From Diplonema japonicum (taxonomy: Eukaryota > Protista > Euglenozoa: Diplonemea): DNA of 64,000 bases. Both the position numbers and the translations under genes were made by a program. The DNA lies in the NCBI GenBank assembly GCA_964019335.1, contig OZ025744.1, positions 248,001 through 312,000 of the forward strand. The letters are read 5' to 3'. Shown here one piece after another: positions 1-12,540 of the stretch (position 1 is its first letter; each line of letters starts with the position of its first letter). The notes below the pieces were generated by a model. It ran no database searches, was not told the origin of the DNA, and was given only the letters and a program-made list of their open reading frames with translations.

Positions 1-828
1 GATTACAGTACCCAACGCAGAGAGGGAGAGATTGATGTTGCAGCCTTCTTTCAATGCGTCTCCTGTTGTTCCAGTTTTCGACTGTCTTTCTGACCCAGCG
101 AGGTCGACTAAATTCAGCTTTGATGTAACGCTTCTGATATCGCCGTCCTCGGTGGTTTCTTCCTTTTGGACATAAACTGTGAAGATGGAGTGGGATCTTG
201 ACGAGTCGCTGTTTAGTTCAGTGGAAGCAACTTTACGTCGTTCCGCGCCTTCGTCCATGAGGCGTAGAAGATCTTGTTTGAACTTCACCTGTGGTTGCGA
301 TAGGTCTTGGACAAAGAATGTTTTGTCCTTGCTTTCCTTGATTTTTAAGTTGGACATGGATTTTTCGAGGAGATCGCGTGCTTGCCCGTTGTAGAGTTCA
401 AGGTATGAACAGTACAAGTTGAAGTGTGTGGAACTGCCTGAGCATTCTGTGATATGGTTGAAGATACAGTCGAACGAGCGAGGGATGACACCTGTGCTGT
501 CGATGGTTCCTGTCATTGTGTAAGTTTTACCGCTACCTGACTGTCCGTAGGCGAATATTGTCGAGTTGAACCCAGCCATGACCGACTCTATCATAGGGGT
601 GATATACATTGAGAAAATGTCAGCCTGTGAGCTTGTGTTGTTTATTGTTGCGTCGAAGGTCCATCTGTCTGGGTCCCCACACACGTGGTGCACCGTGACC
701 GTTCCCTCTGAGATGTCCATGTCTACCGCTGATTTGTACCCTTGATCCCTCTCCTTCTGGGAGAGCGGTCTGCATCGAATCAGCACTTTTATGTTCTCTG
801 CTTCCTTGTCGCCTTTTTTCTTTGACAT
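1..828 (-). CDS. Kinesin motor protein (kinesin-2/OSM3-like), N-terminal part; runs off the window start
   Basis: Manual translation from ATG at 828: MSKKKGDKEAENIKVLIRCRP...FAYGQSGSGKTYTM (P-loop)...NSDSSRSHSIF (switch I)...LNLVDLAGSERQ (switch II). Absent from the ORF track because there is no stop within the window. Confidence 0.95.
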   Translation of the reverse strand, partial: MSKKKGDKEAENIKVLIRCRPLSQKERDQGYKSAVDMDISEGTVTVHHVCGDPDRWTFDATINNTSSQADIFSMYITPMIESVMAGFNSTIFAYGQSGSGKTYTMTGTIDSTGVIPRSFDCIFNHITECSGSSTHFNLYCSYLELYNGQARDLLEKSMSNLKIKESKDKTFFVQDLSQPQVKFKQDLLRLMDEGAERRKVASTELNSDSSRSHSIFTVYVQKEETTEDGDIRSVTSKLNLVDLAGSERQSKTGTTGDALKEGCNINLSLSALGTVI

Positions 829-977
829 TTTTTTTTTTTAAAAAAAGGGAGGGGATCTTTTTTTTTTTGTGTTAGATGCAAGGGGGGGGGGGGGGGGGGG
901 GGTTTGGGAAGAAAAAAAAAGGAAAAAAAAAAGGGTGTGTAAATTAGTGTTTTTTGGAGAAGTTTTTTTTTTTTTTT

Positions 978-1119
978 TTAAAGTTTAGTGGTGAAGTCCC
1001 ACCTTTCCGACGGGTGGTGCTGCAATGTGTACTTTTTTCACTGGTGCGCCTTGTGCCAGACCGGAGTGTCCTTTGATGTGGCCAGGGTGTGCGTTTACAG
1101 CTGCCTCTACTGAAGCACA

Positions 1120-1152
<33 letters not shown>

Positions 1153-1245
1153 CGTTTAGTACCCAAGTGGTGTGTGCACGGCGTCCATCATTTTCAATAC
1201 CACCTCGTCGAAATTCTTCCCGGAGAAACAAGCTCGGTGGGACAT
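978..1245 (-). CDS. Putative microprotein (~74 aa), two exons
   Basis: A-run then ATG; MSHRACFSGKNFDEVVLKMMDAVHTPLG|CASVEAAVNAHPGHIKGHSGLAQGAPVKKYTLQHHPSERWDFTTKL*. GT-AAG intron 1121..1162 removes an in-frame TAA. N-terminus resembles the neighbour at 1405..1587. Confidence 0.55.
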
Positions 1246-1404
1246 TTTTTTTTTCTTCTTTTTTTTTTTTTTGCTTCTCCTGGGTTATTTGTTTTTTTTT
1301 TGGGGGGGAGGGGAAGGGTGGGAGGGGGGAAAAAAAAGAAAAAAGAAATGTGTAGTTGTTTGGTTTCCTCTTTTTTTTTTTTTCTTTTTTCCTACTTATT
1401 ATTT

Positions 1405-1587
1405 TTACTTTCCAGCCGCTTTCCCAGGTGCGAGGCTCAGCTGATGATGCAGCGATGGCCCTTTACCCTTGGGCTTCACAATGGGCCCCTCTGGTTTCGG
1501 CAGTGCGAGGCAGCCTTTTGTCGGCCCGGAAATCGCATCATGAATGTCACCAATAGTGTTGCCAGTCACACACACACGGAAAGTCAT
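1405..1587 (-). CDS. Putative microprotein (~60 aa)
   Basis: A-run then ATG; MTFRVCVTGNTIGDIHDAISGPTKGCLALPKPEGPIVKPKGKGPSLHHQLSLAPGKAAGK*. High-complexity island in homopolymer background; shares MxxRxCx[ST]G...DA[IV]xxP...GC with 978..1245. Confidence 0.5.
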   Translation of the reverse strand: MTFRVCVTGNTIGDIHDAISGPTKGCLALPKPEGPIVKPKGKGPSLHHQLSLAPGKAAGK

Positions 1588-2527
1588 ATTTTTTTTATCT
1601 CTTTTTAGTAGTGTAAGTGCACCTTTTTTTTTCTTTTCTTTTTTTTTTTTTTTTTTTTTTTTTAAATCTCTTCCCGTGGTGTATCGAGAAAGTAATGGAG
1701 GAAAATAAAATAAAGGGGGGGCAGGAGATGACACACACGTTCAAAGGAAAAAAAAAGGGAAAATATTTTTTTTTTTCTGGAAAGATATCCCCCCTTTCTT
1801 CCTTTGGGCGGGAGGTGAGTGAAGAAAAAAAGGAGGGGGAGGGAGAGGAAATACTGGGTACGACGAGAAAAGAAGAATAAAAAAATCACTGTGATAGAGG
1901 TGGGGGGGGGGGGGGGGGGGGAGAGAAAGAGAGGGGTAGAGAGGGAAGAAAAGAAAAATGCCACGGCCCATCAGAGAAGAGAAAAGGCGGAAATGGCGAA
2001 AAACAAGCAGCCTTTAAGATGAAAGGAAGAGCAAGACAGAAGCAACGTTTAATGACATTTTTTTCTTTCCTCTTTTTGCAACCCCCCCCCCCACTCGTTA
2101 CAAAAAACCCTCATTTCCCCCCACCACATTTTTTAAAGGAAAAAAAAAAGAAAAAAAAAACCTGAATTGGGGCAAGGGGGGATAACAACTATAAAGAAAA
2201 AGAAACGAGAAAATCAATGAAGTTTGTGAAAAAAAAAAAAGAAAAAAAAAAAGAGACATTTAAGGGTACCTGCGATATGTGGCAGGGCGCCTGATAAAAA
2301 AAAAAAGTAATAAAAGAAATTAAGAAGGAAAACAACAAAACAAAAAACAAAAAACGAGGGGAGGGACGGGGAACAAGAAAAAAAAAAGAAGAAGAAAAAA
2401 AAAACACGGAAAAAAAAACTTCTTTTAAAAGAAGAAACCAATTGAGCAGAGAAAAAAAAAGTCCCCCCCCATGTGAGTCGTGTGTGTGTGTGTGTGTGAT
2501 TCCCCCCCCCCCCCCCCCTTCCAATCC

Positions 2528-2684
2528 TTAGTCCGTTAGTTCGCAGAATGCATGAAGCGCTTGCTGTTTTTTTTTTTTTTTTTTTTTTTTTTTTCTTTCT
2601 CCCGTATACCACATACCTTTGCAATACCTGCCTGTTGCATTCTCTGCCTCTCAGCTTCGGCACGCGCGGCATCACCTCTCAACT

Positions 2685-2716
<32 letters not shown>

Positions 2717-3995
2717 TTACTCCCTCAAAACCTGTTGTTTAGCGTCAAGTGTGATACCAGCGTAAGACCTAGTAGAACCAAGCTTCTGAATTACATCGTT
2801 AATCCAGATTTCAAGATCGAGCCTCCTCTTGTCAAGGCCGGGTCCCTTCAACCTGGTGAAGGTCTTTCCGGGGAAGGTCGCATCCAACACATCAAGGGTG
2901 CTGCCAAGCTTGTTCTTCAGATCAACAAAGGCGTTGTATCTTCGCTCGACGAAGGACTGCTTGCCTCCGTGCGTGCGGATATCAAGCTTGAAGAATGCAG
3001 CTTCTTCTTTCTCCTCCACGGAAGGCACTCTGATCTGTTTCACCTGCAAGAATTCTTTGGGCGGGGCCTTAGTTTTACGCTCAATGGCTACTTGTGCGAT
3101 CTCGTCCTGGTGGTTATCGTTTCACAGTAAATAAGTGATACCTCAGCGCCACCATATTCCAATGGGTGGTCTTTCACGAATTTGTCCCATTGTTCGGCGA
3201 GAGTTGCTTTTCTGGTTTGTTCTTCCTCCTTCAGGGCTTGTTCCGCGCTCAGTCTAAGGTCCTCTTCCTTGGCCTTCAGCTTCGCCACTTCTTTTTTCTT
3301 TTGCTTCTTCCTCTCTTCCTTGGATTTCACCTCCTCCTCGATGGCTTTTGCTTCCGCTTCCTCGGCCTCCGCTGCTTCCAGCGCCAGTCGCTCTTCCTCA
3401 CGCTTTTTCTTTGCAATTTTTTTCTGTGCCTTTCTCAGTGCCTTTTCGGCTGCTTCTTCGTCCAACGCCTTTGCGGCCGCCTCAGCTTCGGCCAGTTCCC
3501 TCTCGGCCTGTTCCTCTCGCTCCTTCCTGTCACGCTCCCTCTTTTCTTTTTTTTCCTTCTTCATGCGCTTTCTTTCTTCCTTGGCTGCCTTGGCTGCCTC
3601 CTCTTCCCTCTCGAGTTCTCTCAGCTCAGCTTCGATCGTGTCCACTTCCTCTTGGTTCTGGTTTTTCTCCTTTTTTTTGTTTTGTTTTTTTTTTTTTTTT
3701 TTTTCCTTCTCAATACCGCAGCAGCGTTGCGCCTCTCTTCCAACTCATTTTGCCTACGTTTTTTAAGCTTGGTCAACAGAGTCTCGAAAATTTCTTCCGC
3801 CTTCTTGCTGTTCAAATCGTCATAAATCTGGGGGGGGGAAGACGGTTTTTTTTTTTTTTTTTTTTTTACCTTCGCCATGTCCTTGACTGACACATACTTC
3901 ATCAAAGCCATATGTGCCTCGCTGTAGCCATCCTTAAGAGATGTTAAAAGCTGCTGAATAGGACGCCCCAAGTCCTCGAAACGGATTGTCGACAT
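2528..3995 (-). CDS. Coiled-coil protein with C-terminal PX-like domain, six exons
   Basis: GT-AG introns 3828..3869, 3658..3716, 3107..3141, 2683..2731 and 2564..2616 join the ORF pieces in frame. E/K-rich coiled coil followed by PX-like VERRYNAFVDLKNKL...FPGK...LDKRRLDLEIWINDV; ends QALHAFCELTD*. Confidence 0.8.
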
Positions 3996-4087
3996 TTTTT
4001 CTTTTTTTTTTTCTTTTACCCTCCTTCTTTTTCCCCTTCTTTTTTTTCCCCCTCTTCAAAGGAAAAAAAAAAAAAGAAATAATACGG

Positions 4088-4410
4088 TCACATAGACATA
4101 TGCTCCTCAGATTGTGTGCATTCAAAACAGTCCCGGCAGACCTAGTTTTTTTTTTTTTTTTCCCCTCTCCCTCCCCCATACCATACTTTTTGCGGATACA
4201 AAAATTTCAACCGAGGAACCATCACCTTTTCATCTGACACACATTGTGAACACATGATCCGGCCGCAGCTGTGAGAAGGATTTAGACGGGAAAAAAATAG
4301 CTATTTATTGCCAACAAATAATGAGTCATTATTTAACTCGAGTTCCCGAATTTTTTGCACGAGGGCCCGCAGAGGCCCCTAGTGAGTGAAGAAAATGACG
4401 AAGAGTGAAA

Positions 4411-4441
<31 letters not shown>

Positions 4442-4933
4442 ACCACACCTCCTGCAGTGGTGTCTATTCATAAACGATAATTTATTGGTGCAACTGGCAC
4501 AATAAACACTCCTGGGGTCCTTGTCAGGCTGCCAGGTTTTCGCATTTTTACACCGAGAATTGGGGCACAGCCATTCCGGGGGAGGTGCAGAATACGCTGT
4601 TTGACAAGAGCCACAAAACGCCTCCCATGTCTTGGAAGGCTCACCGGATCCTTGCAGGGGATGGGGGCCTGGCACATATACAGGGAGCTCCTCTGCTTCA
4701 ACTTGTTCCCGCTGTAGGTCAGCTGCTCGTTCTTTTTTTTTTTTCCTCCTCTCGAGTGTCGTCTTTAAGTCAATCCACACCGTCTCCGGCGACACCCCTT
4801 CATCGTGTAATTGAGTCTCGATTTTCGCAATGTCGGTTTCCCTCCCATGGCCTTCGGTGAGTGCGGCATCGTGGGCTGACCAACCATGGGGCTTTGAACC
4901 AAGTAGCTTTTCGATTTTTTGTGAAGTGGACAT
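4088..4933 (-). CDS. FYVE zinc-finger protein, three exons
   Basis: Introns 4269..4448 and 4142..4186 reconstitute WQPD...CASC...RHHCRSCGRIMCSQC...QKVCRDC, the full FYVE signature. An extra CxxC...CPNSRC motif lies upstream. Confidence 0.9.
4291..4413. mobile_element. Short internally deleted copy of the palindrome-ended repeat family, inside FYVE intron 1
   Basis: Reverse-complement match to both ends of the 16996..17566 and 55063..55581 elements, joined at a GGCCC microhomology near the hairpin apex. Confidence 0.75.
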
Positions 4934-4934
4934 T

Positions 4935-4965
<31 letters not shown>

Positions 4966-5039
4966 CTTGAAAAAAATTAGAAAAAGGGGCAAAAAAAAAA
5001 AAAAAAAAAGTACTGTCTCCCCTTTCCTCCCCACACTGG

Positions 5040-5648
5040 TCAGTGTCCGAACTTCCCCCCGACTTTTGTTGAGACCTTGTAACCCCCGTTTATTAAAACC
5101 TGTCGACACCACGCCGCCCCGACAATGTTGCACACGGTGTAGAATGGTAGCAGCACCAAGCCGATCGACCCCATGCTGGTGAGGAACAGCGCTGCGGTCG
5201 ATGCAACAACGGTTTCCGGAAGGATATCAACGGTAGGGTGGGTGAGGGCAAGAGAACTGGAAGTCATCGCTACCGATGTGACGAGGAGAGTAGCTGCTGT
5301 TGTCCCCAGTGCAGGAGGGAAGATCAGAGACCGGGGGATCGTTTCGGGTGTGAAGAGTCTTCTAGCGTTGGCCACTGTTCCGTACCGTCTGCCGAGCAAC
5401 AATGTTGTGGTGAGGCCTGCGGCCACAGCAGGCACATGGGGCAGGGTGTCATTGATCCATTTTCCAGGCTGGTCCGCCCAGTCACCCACCAGTTTTTCGA
5501 CGTTTGAAATTCTTTGCTCTGCGATGATGATCGCCTCGAGCTCCTCCTGAACTATCATTTTTTCCTTGACCCAGTCCGCCACACCGTATGTCCCAAAACA
5601 TGCTAGCGCCCCTGGGACAACTGCTATTTGTAGGCCGAATTTTGACAT
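5040..5648 (-). CDS. Hypothetical membrane protein (202 aa)
   Basis: Uninterrupted high-complexity ORF with A-run before ATG and several hydrophobic segments; no family recognised. Confidence 0.7.
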   Translation of the reverse strand: MSKFGLQIAVVPGALACFGTYGVADWVKEKMIVQEELEAIIIAEQRISNVEKLVGDWADQPGKWINDTLPHVPAVAAGLTTTLLLGRRYGTVANARRLFTPETIPRSLIFPPALGTTAATLLVTSVAMTSSSLALTHPTVDILPETVVASTAALFLTSMGSIGLVLLPFYTVCNIVGAAWCRQVLINGGYKVSTKVGGKFGH

Positions 5649-5859
5649 TTTTTTCCCCCCCCTCCTTTTTTTTCTTCTTTTTCTTTTGGCAAAAAAGGGA
5701 GCGACACGGCGATGAGGTAATGGAAATTAGGTGGAATCAACGCATTTAATAAAAATAATTTAATAAAAAAAAAAAAAAAAAAAACCTCAACGACTTATTC
5801 GGGGGGGGGGGGGGGAAACTCAACAAAAAATTCACTCATCCCTGTACGCTCATGGAAAC

Positions 5860-5895
<36 letters not shown>

Positions 5896-6910
5896 CTTGT
5901 GTCGGGCTTTTCATGAAAAAGGGGGAGATCCTGAACTAGCTCTCTTATGGGGCAGTAGAGGAAATTCACTTTTTTATTTTTGGTTTCTCCTCCGGCATAT
6001 ACTTGTCAAAAGAAAAAAAGAGTCGATTGATGGTTGTTTGTGCACAGCCGGGATTACTCTGTAGAAGGATAAGCCCAACAATGCTAGCACTACTCTTCTA
6101 GCAATAACAATCCAAAAAAAAAAAAAAAAAAAAAAATAACATTTTAAAGAATTCTAACCACGAAAGAGAGAGAGAGAATCAAACCACCTGCCCCACAAAA
6201 AAAAAAAAAACTCCTTCCCCCGAAAATGTTAATTTTTTTTTTTAAAAGAAAGAAATCCGTTTTCGGGGAAACGTGCCCCTCCCCCCCCCAAAAAAAAATT
6301 AAATTTCATGGAGGGGACAGGAAGGCCTTTTTTTCTCTTTTTTTCCTTTTTGGCAGATGGTTTGAATAATGTAGGGGGGGGGGGGGGGGGGGGGGGTGTC
6401 AAACTGGAACAACCGTATCCTTAAATATATTCGCCTGGTTTTTAGCCATATATTTATGAGACATAACTTTGCGCTATTGAGAAATAAAAAAAAAAAAAAA
6501 TGGAGGGGGAAAAAAAAAAGATTTTGTTCTTGCGTTTTCCGTCATCTGTTTGATGCACCTTAGTCTCTCCGAAAAAAAAAAAAAAAAAAAAAAAAAGCTT
6601 TTCCCTCTTTGCCTAATATAACTACAGGACGAATATATTTCCGAAAAATACGGTTTGATATGGTTACAAAAAGAAAAGTACTTTTCATTGTTGCGCCACG
6701 GGGGGGGGGGGGGGTAAAAAAACTCGATAAAATTTCAGTGTGCATGGGGTGCTTACTGTTCAGGAAGAAATTCACACAAATCGGTCACCGTTCTGCAGTT
6801 GCTGTCTGGTGCGCCTGCGGTGGCTGTTTATCGCGACGATGGACGGCATCTGGGCGAGAAACATTACATGGAGTCGTACTAGGTAGGGGGCGGTTTGGCT
6901 TGGGCGGAGG

Positions 6911-6949
<39 letters not shown>

Positions 6950-7076
6950 GAATAAAGTGGGTATAAGTAGAAACGTAGTAAGAGACAAAAAAAGTAACAA
7001 CAATCGATTAAAAAAAAATTTTTTTTTTCACCTCTTCGGCGATGCAGACCCCCCCCCCCCCCCCCCCCCCCCCACT

Positions 7077-7361
7077 TCACTTCTGTGGTGAAGTTAACGA
7101 AACAGAGACAGACTGCCTCCTCCTTTGAACAGCTGCCACCGCAGCAGCATTCTGCTCCTGTAAAATTGTTTGAATTTGCTGTATCTGATGTGCAATGGTG
7201 TCCAACTTCTGCCGCTCCGGGGTATCCGCTTCCTGGATTTTTTTTTTTTTTTTTCCTTTTCTTCTCCCCTCAATTTCCCATTCACACCCTATCGAAAACC
7301 TCGGCTTTTCTGTCCTCCATAAATTCCTCCAAAAACGCCCACTCTTCATCAGACCAGTCGA

Positions 7362-7411
<50 letters not shown>

Positions 7412-9423
7412 CCACACACCCGATTTCTCAACGTTTTCTTCATCAGTTTTTCCCTAAACCTCCCGGAAGATTTGAACAGTTTCAGCTTCTCATACACGCT
7501 ATTCATAACCAGCTGCTGCTGTTTGAGCTTCTCCTTCAAACGTTCCTTTTGAAGCGCTGCCTCTTCAGTGTGCGCGGTACCTTTCGTGCACTTCTCTACT
7601 AGCTTGTTGGACCTGGCCTGAAGCCACTTCATGATTGCGATATCTTTCTGCCCCGCCTTGGTCTTCACCGCGGCAAGTGATTCGTTGATGATGGCGAGAA
7701 TCATGTTCAAAAGAATACACCACGCAATAAATGTGTAGGAGGTCAGGTAAATCACAGCGATATACGAATTATTCTGCGCGTCGCGGAGAGAAAAATAAGC
7801 GCTTTCAGGGAAATCCCCGATGAGGTGGCGGAGCAGCGTACCGCACGCCGCCATGAAGCTTTGGTATTCGTCAAGATAGTACCCGAAAAGTAAATGCCCG
7901 AGAATTCCGTATGCGAATATTATAATAGTCATCATTGCTACTACGGATATAAGCTCACCTAAGGCACGTTCGACCGTTTCAACCAGAAGAAACAGCCTTG
8001 GGTTGTACTGTGTGAAACGGAACAATCCGCCGATGGCCAACGCGCACGCAAAACCGTAACAATTCCACGATGTTTCGTACAGCAGTGCAAACCTCGCGAG
8101 ATCGGACCACATCCTCGCGGTTTCTTCTCTCGAGGAAGCGGGGAACTTGTCGGTGTCAAGCTGCAAGGTTTCATGCCAAAAGTACCATCGATACCCATAC
8201 GTCACCATGAACAATATCATGTCCCCCAATGCGTAGGTGTTCCAGAACGCGAAGAACGATAATATTTCTCCGTGAAGTTTCCAGTTTCGAACCAACGCTT
8301 GGATCAATCTGTAAAAGATGTACAAGAAGTACACGGTTACTATCAGATCGAGGATGAACACTGCAATTCCTTTTGCAGATGTTACCGACAAGAACGTGTA
8401 CGGGATGATACGAACATCAGGGTGCCAAAGCCCGCCCCCGTTGATCTCGATGAAGCATGACAGAAACACAAACAGATCGTAGTTTCTGTTCAGGGTGATG
8501 ATCTCCGCTGCTAAGAATCGTGTTGATTCGTCGATCCAGTTTGAAGTCCGCAGATTTTTAATTTGTTCTTTAGCAGCGGCTAGCCCGTAGGTTTCATCGT
8601 CCAATGGAATTAGTTCAACATATGAATATGAAGAATGTGAATATACAGCGTAACGTCCTGACACCGAAGGTGGTTGTAACTCATTGTTTTCCGTTGATTT
8701 CAACGGTTTGAAAATACCCCCCGGACCGTACGAAATATCTGTTAACGAACACCCGCCCACATTGCAATAGTAATCGTCATAGCAAAGTTTTGGTAAATGT
8801 GGTTGGACCTCTCTTGACACAGCGTGGTAACCCTCATTTCTCGAACAGTTTTTCGGAGATACTCGGAGCTGTCGAAGGACAATGAACCCCAAGGGTTTAT
8901 TTACACGGTTGATCAAACTGAGATTTTGGTCCGGGTCCGGCCATATGTTGGATAGATACGGGGTTTCCAACCATCGCCACCAGTCGCCCTCTGTTGAAAT
9001 GTCCCAAAACGTTTTTTTAAACTGTAGATCGGGGGTCATATCCATGTTGTTTGAAATGAGATTTGACTTGAGCCCGTCAACAGATCTGTGGACTTTTGCT
9101 TCGTGTTGTTCTGATCGCGATAACATGACTATCAGAATCATGAATAGTAGAAACATGCAATATGGGATTAGCTCCTTGAAGATGAAGCCCTTATTGACCT
9201 CTCTCTGAAACAGTTTTATTAGCCGTTCCATTTTTACGTCATCGTCTTCTAGTTTTGCCTGCTGGACTTCTGTTGCAAGCAGTGTCCATCGTTTTTGTGC
9301 TGTGATGGGTGCTTCTGAGTCTTCTGTGTCCGCCTTTTCCAGCATCTCGACGCCGTTTTTCGTGCCCATTTCTTCGTCGTCCGAGTCCGTTGTTCGTCCG
9401 GGTAGCCCTGCATTTGAAATCAT
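7077..9423 (-). CDS. Polycystin-2 / TRPP-like cation channel
   Basis: TM1, extracellular polycystin domain (GFIVLRQLRV, WIDESTR), further TMs, pore YQSFMAACGTLLRHLIGDF and S6 ILLNMILAIINES. Introns 7363..7419 and 7233..7287. Confidence 0.9.
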
Positions 9424-9576
9424 TTTTTTCGCATTCGTTACGTCTTTTTTTTTTCCCGCCCCCCCCCTCTTCCTCTTTTTTTTTTTTTTACGAAAAATAA
9501 ATTAAAAAAAAAGACACTTTAAAAGGACTAGGAGAGGAAGCAAAAAAAAAAAAAAAAAGAAGAAAAAAAAGAGAGA

Positions 9577-9613
<37 letters not shown>

Positions 9614-9755
9614 GAGGGGGTCGGGAAAAACGTTATTTTTTTCTACCCCTCCCACACGGGGGTTCTTTTTCTTTTTTTATCTCGCCTTTGTAAATAAAAA
9701 AAAAAAGAAAGAAATTCAAAAAATAAAAAGAAGTGGGGTTTTCTCAAATCGCCGT

Positions 9756-10358
9756 TCAGAGCTGACCACAGTCGGCGATCTTGACCTGTGTGTGTGTGTG
9801 TGTGTGTTGTTTCCTCCCACCCCTTCTCTTTGTACATACATCCTTGGAGGTCTTGCCGCTCTGGGACCCGACGGACTCGACCGTCTTGACCACGTCCAGA
9901 CCCTCCACAACGCTGCCGAACACAACGTGCTTGCCGTCCAACCAGGGGGTGGCAGCAGTGCACAGGAAGAACTGCGACCCGTTGGTACCGGGACCGGCGT
10001 TGGCCATGGACAGAATACCGGGGCCAGTGTGCTGTGTTGTAAAAATATATAACATATTTTTTTGTTCCCCCCTTCTTTTTAGTATTCACACCTTCAGCTG
10101 GAAGTTCTCGTCAGCGAACTTGGCGCCGTAGATGGACTTACCACCGGTACCGTTGTGGTTGGTGAAGTCACCACCCTGGCACATGAAGCCGGGGATGACA
10201 CGGTGGAAGCCGGAGCTCTTGAACCCGAACCCCTTCTCGCCAGTGCAAAGGGCACGGAAGTTCTCAGCGGTCTTGGGCACCACGTCGTCACGGAGCTCCA
10301 TCACAATACGGCCGGCAGGGCTGCCACCGATGGTAATGTCGAAGAAGCACTTCACCAT
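9756..10358 (-). CDS. CYPA: Cyclophilin A-type peptidyl-prolyl isomerase, copy D
   Basis: [40 protein letters not shown]. Introns 10032..10091 and 9786..9839; ends VKIADCGQL*. Confidence 0.95.
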
Positions 10359-10634
10359 TTTTGTTAAGGTTAAAAAAGAGAGTTTTTTTTGCTTTGGGGG
10401 GGGGGGGGGGAGTCGTTGGATTAAAAAAAAATTATAAAAAGAAGGAAAAAAGAAGGAAAAAAAAAGGGTTTTCTCTCTTTTTTTTTTCTCCCGAGTCCAG
10501 AAAAAGGGCAGATTAGCCCCCCCCCCCCCCCCCCCCTACCGTGCTTCGAGAAAAAAGGGAAAGGAAGACACTATGTTTAAAGAACGTTAACATTTTATAT
10601 TAAAAAAAAAGTTTTTTTTTCTTCAACTCACTGC

Positions 10635-11213
10635 TCAGAGCTGACCACAGTCGGCGATCTTGACCTGTGTGTGTGTGTGTGTGTTGTTTCCTCCCACCCC
10701 TTCTCTTTGTACATACATCCTTGGAGGTCTTGCCGCTCTGGGACCCGACGGACTCGACCGTCTTGACCACGTCCAGACCCTCCACAACGCTGCCGAACAC
10801 AACGTGCTTGCCGTCCAACCAGGGGGTGGCAGCAGTGCACAGGAAGAACTGCGACCCGTTGGTACCGGGACCGGCGTTGGCCATGGACAGAATGCCGGGG
10901 CCAGTGTGCTGTGTAAGTTTTTTTTTTTTTTTTTAATTATTCACACCTTCAGCTGGAAGTTCTCGTCAGCGAACTTCTCGCCGTAGATGGACTTACCACC
11001 GGTACCGTTGTGGTTGGTGAAGTCACCACCCTGGCACATGAAACCGGGGATGACACGGTGGAAGCCGGAGCTCTTGAACCCGAACCCCTTCTCGCCAGTG
11101 CAAAGGGCACGGAAGTTCTCAGCGGTCTTGGGCACCACGTCGTCACGGAGCTCCATCACAATACGGCCGGCAGGGCTGCCACCGATGGTAATGTCGAAGA
11201 AGCACTTCACCAT
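10635..11213 (-). CDS. CYPA: Cyclophilin A-type PPIase, copy C
   Basis: Exons near-identical to copies B and D; introns 10909..10946 and 10665..10716. Confidence 0.95.
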
Positions 11214-11535
11214 TTTTGTTAAGGTTAAAAAAGAGTCTTGTTTTCTTATTATTTCTTTTTCATTTTTATATGCAAAAACAAATATTAAAAAAAAAGGAGC
11301 AAACAAAACTATTATTTTTAAAAAAAAGAAATATCCTTCCATTTTTTTTTATTTTTTTTTTTAGTTTTCGAGTTCAGAAATGGGCAGGGAAATACCCCCC
11401 TGCCGTGCTTCGTACACTGCGAAAAAAAAAGAGGAAAGGAAGACACAAAAGATTTAAAAGAAGAGGAAAGGAAGACACTATGTTTATGGGGGGGGGGGGG
11501 GGGGGGGATATCATTTACTGGTTTTAACTCATTGC

Positions 11536-12540
11536 TCAGAGCTGACCACAGTCGGCGATCTTGACCTGTGTGTGTGTTGTTTCCTCCCACCCCTTCTCTT
11601 TGTACATACATCCTTGGAGGTCTTGCCGCTCTGGGACCCGACGGACTCGACCGTCTTGACCACGTCCAGACCCTCCACAACGCTGCCGAACACAACGTGC
11701 TTGCCGTCCAACCAGGGGGTGGCAGCAGTGCACAGGAAGAACTGCGACCCGTTGGTACCGGGACCGGCGTTGGCCATGGACAGAATGCCGGGGCCAGTGT
11801 GCTGTGTAAGTTTTTTTTTTTTTTTTTTTTTTTTTTCGTTGTTGTTGAAAGAAAAAAAAGAGAAAAAAAAAAAGAGAGAGTAGAGATAAAGGAGACGCCC
11901 CTTGTCTCTACATTCTCAAAGTATCTTCTCTCTCTTCTTGCCACTTCCTGCCCAGTTTCTTAAGGTCCTTCTTGGTTTTCTCTGATGCAAAAACTGCCTT
12001 CTGTTCCATCCCAGACTCTTCTTCGCACCTATGGTGTGGAAGATTCGCTTGCCTCTGACCTTCTTCTGTATGCGTGCTGTGTCCCACCCTTCTTGGATTC
12101 TCTTCGAGAGGCCGTGCCTTTTTCTATATCATGGCTGGATCACTCTTCTTCCCCGTGATCGGTTTGACGCCCAGAAAAAGAAAAAAAAAAGAAGAAGAAA
12201 AAAATGTGGTGGTCACCACCACAATAACTCCCTTTCTTTCAACGAATTTTTTTTTAATTTTTAGTATTCACACCTTCAGCTGGAAGTTCTCGTCAGCGAA
12301 CTTCTCGCCGTAGATGGACTTACCACCGGTACCGTTGTGGTTGGTGAAGTCACCACCCTGGCACATGAAACCGGGGATGACACGGTGGAAGCCGGAGCTC
12401 TTGAACCCGAACCCCTTCTCGCCAGTGCAAAGGGCACGGAAGTTCTCAGCGGTCTTGGGCACCACGTCGTCACGGAGCTCCATCACAATACGGCCGGCAG
12501 GGCTGCCACCGATGGTAATGTCGAAGAAGCACTTCACCAT
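11536..12540 (-). CDS. CYPA: Cyclophilin A-type PPIase, copy B
   Basis: Exons near-identical to copy C; intron 1 expanded (11802..12273) by an insert; intron 2 at 11566..11609. Confidence 0.93.

Noticed and set aside
1440-1545. CTGATGA plus closing stem suggesting a C/D snoRNA or hammerhead
   Set aside because: No GAAA directly after the stem and no convincing C/D pair on one strand. The region is better explained as the 1405..1587 microprotein ORF.
6785-6890. High-complexity island downstream of the PKD2-like stop; possible extra terminal exon
   Set aside because: An in-frame TGA at 7077 already ends the gene and no unambiguous donor or frame could be chosen.
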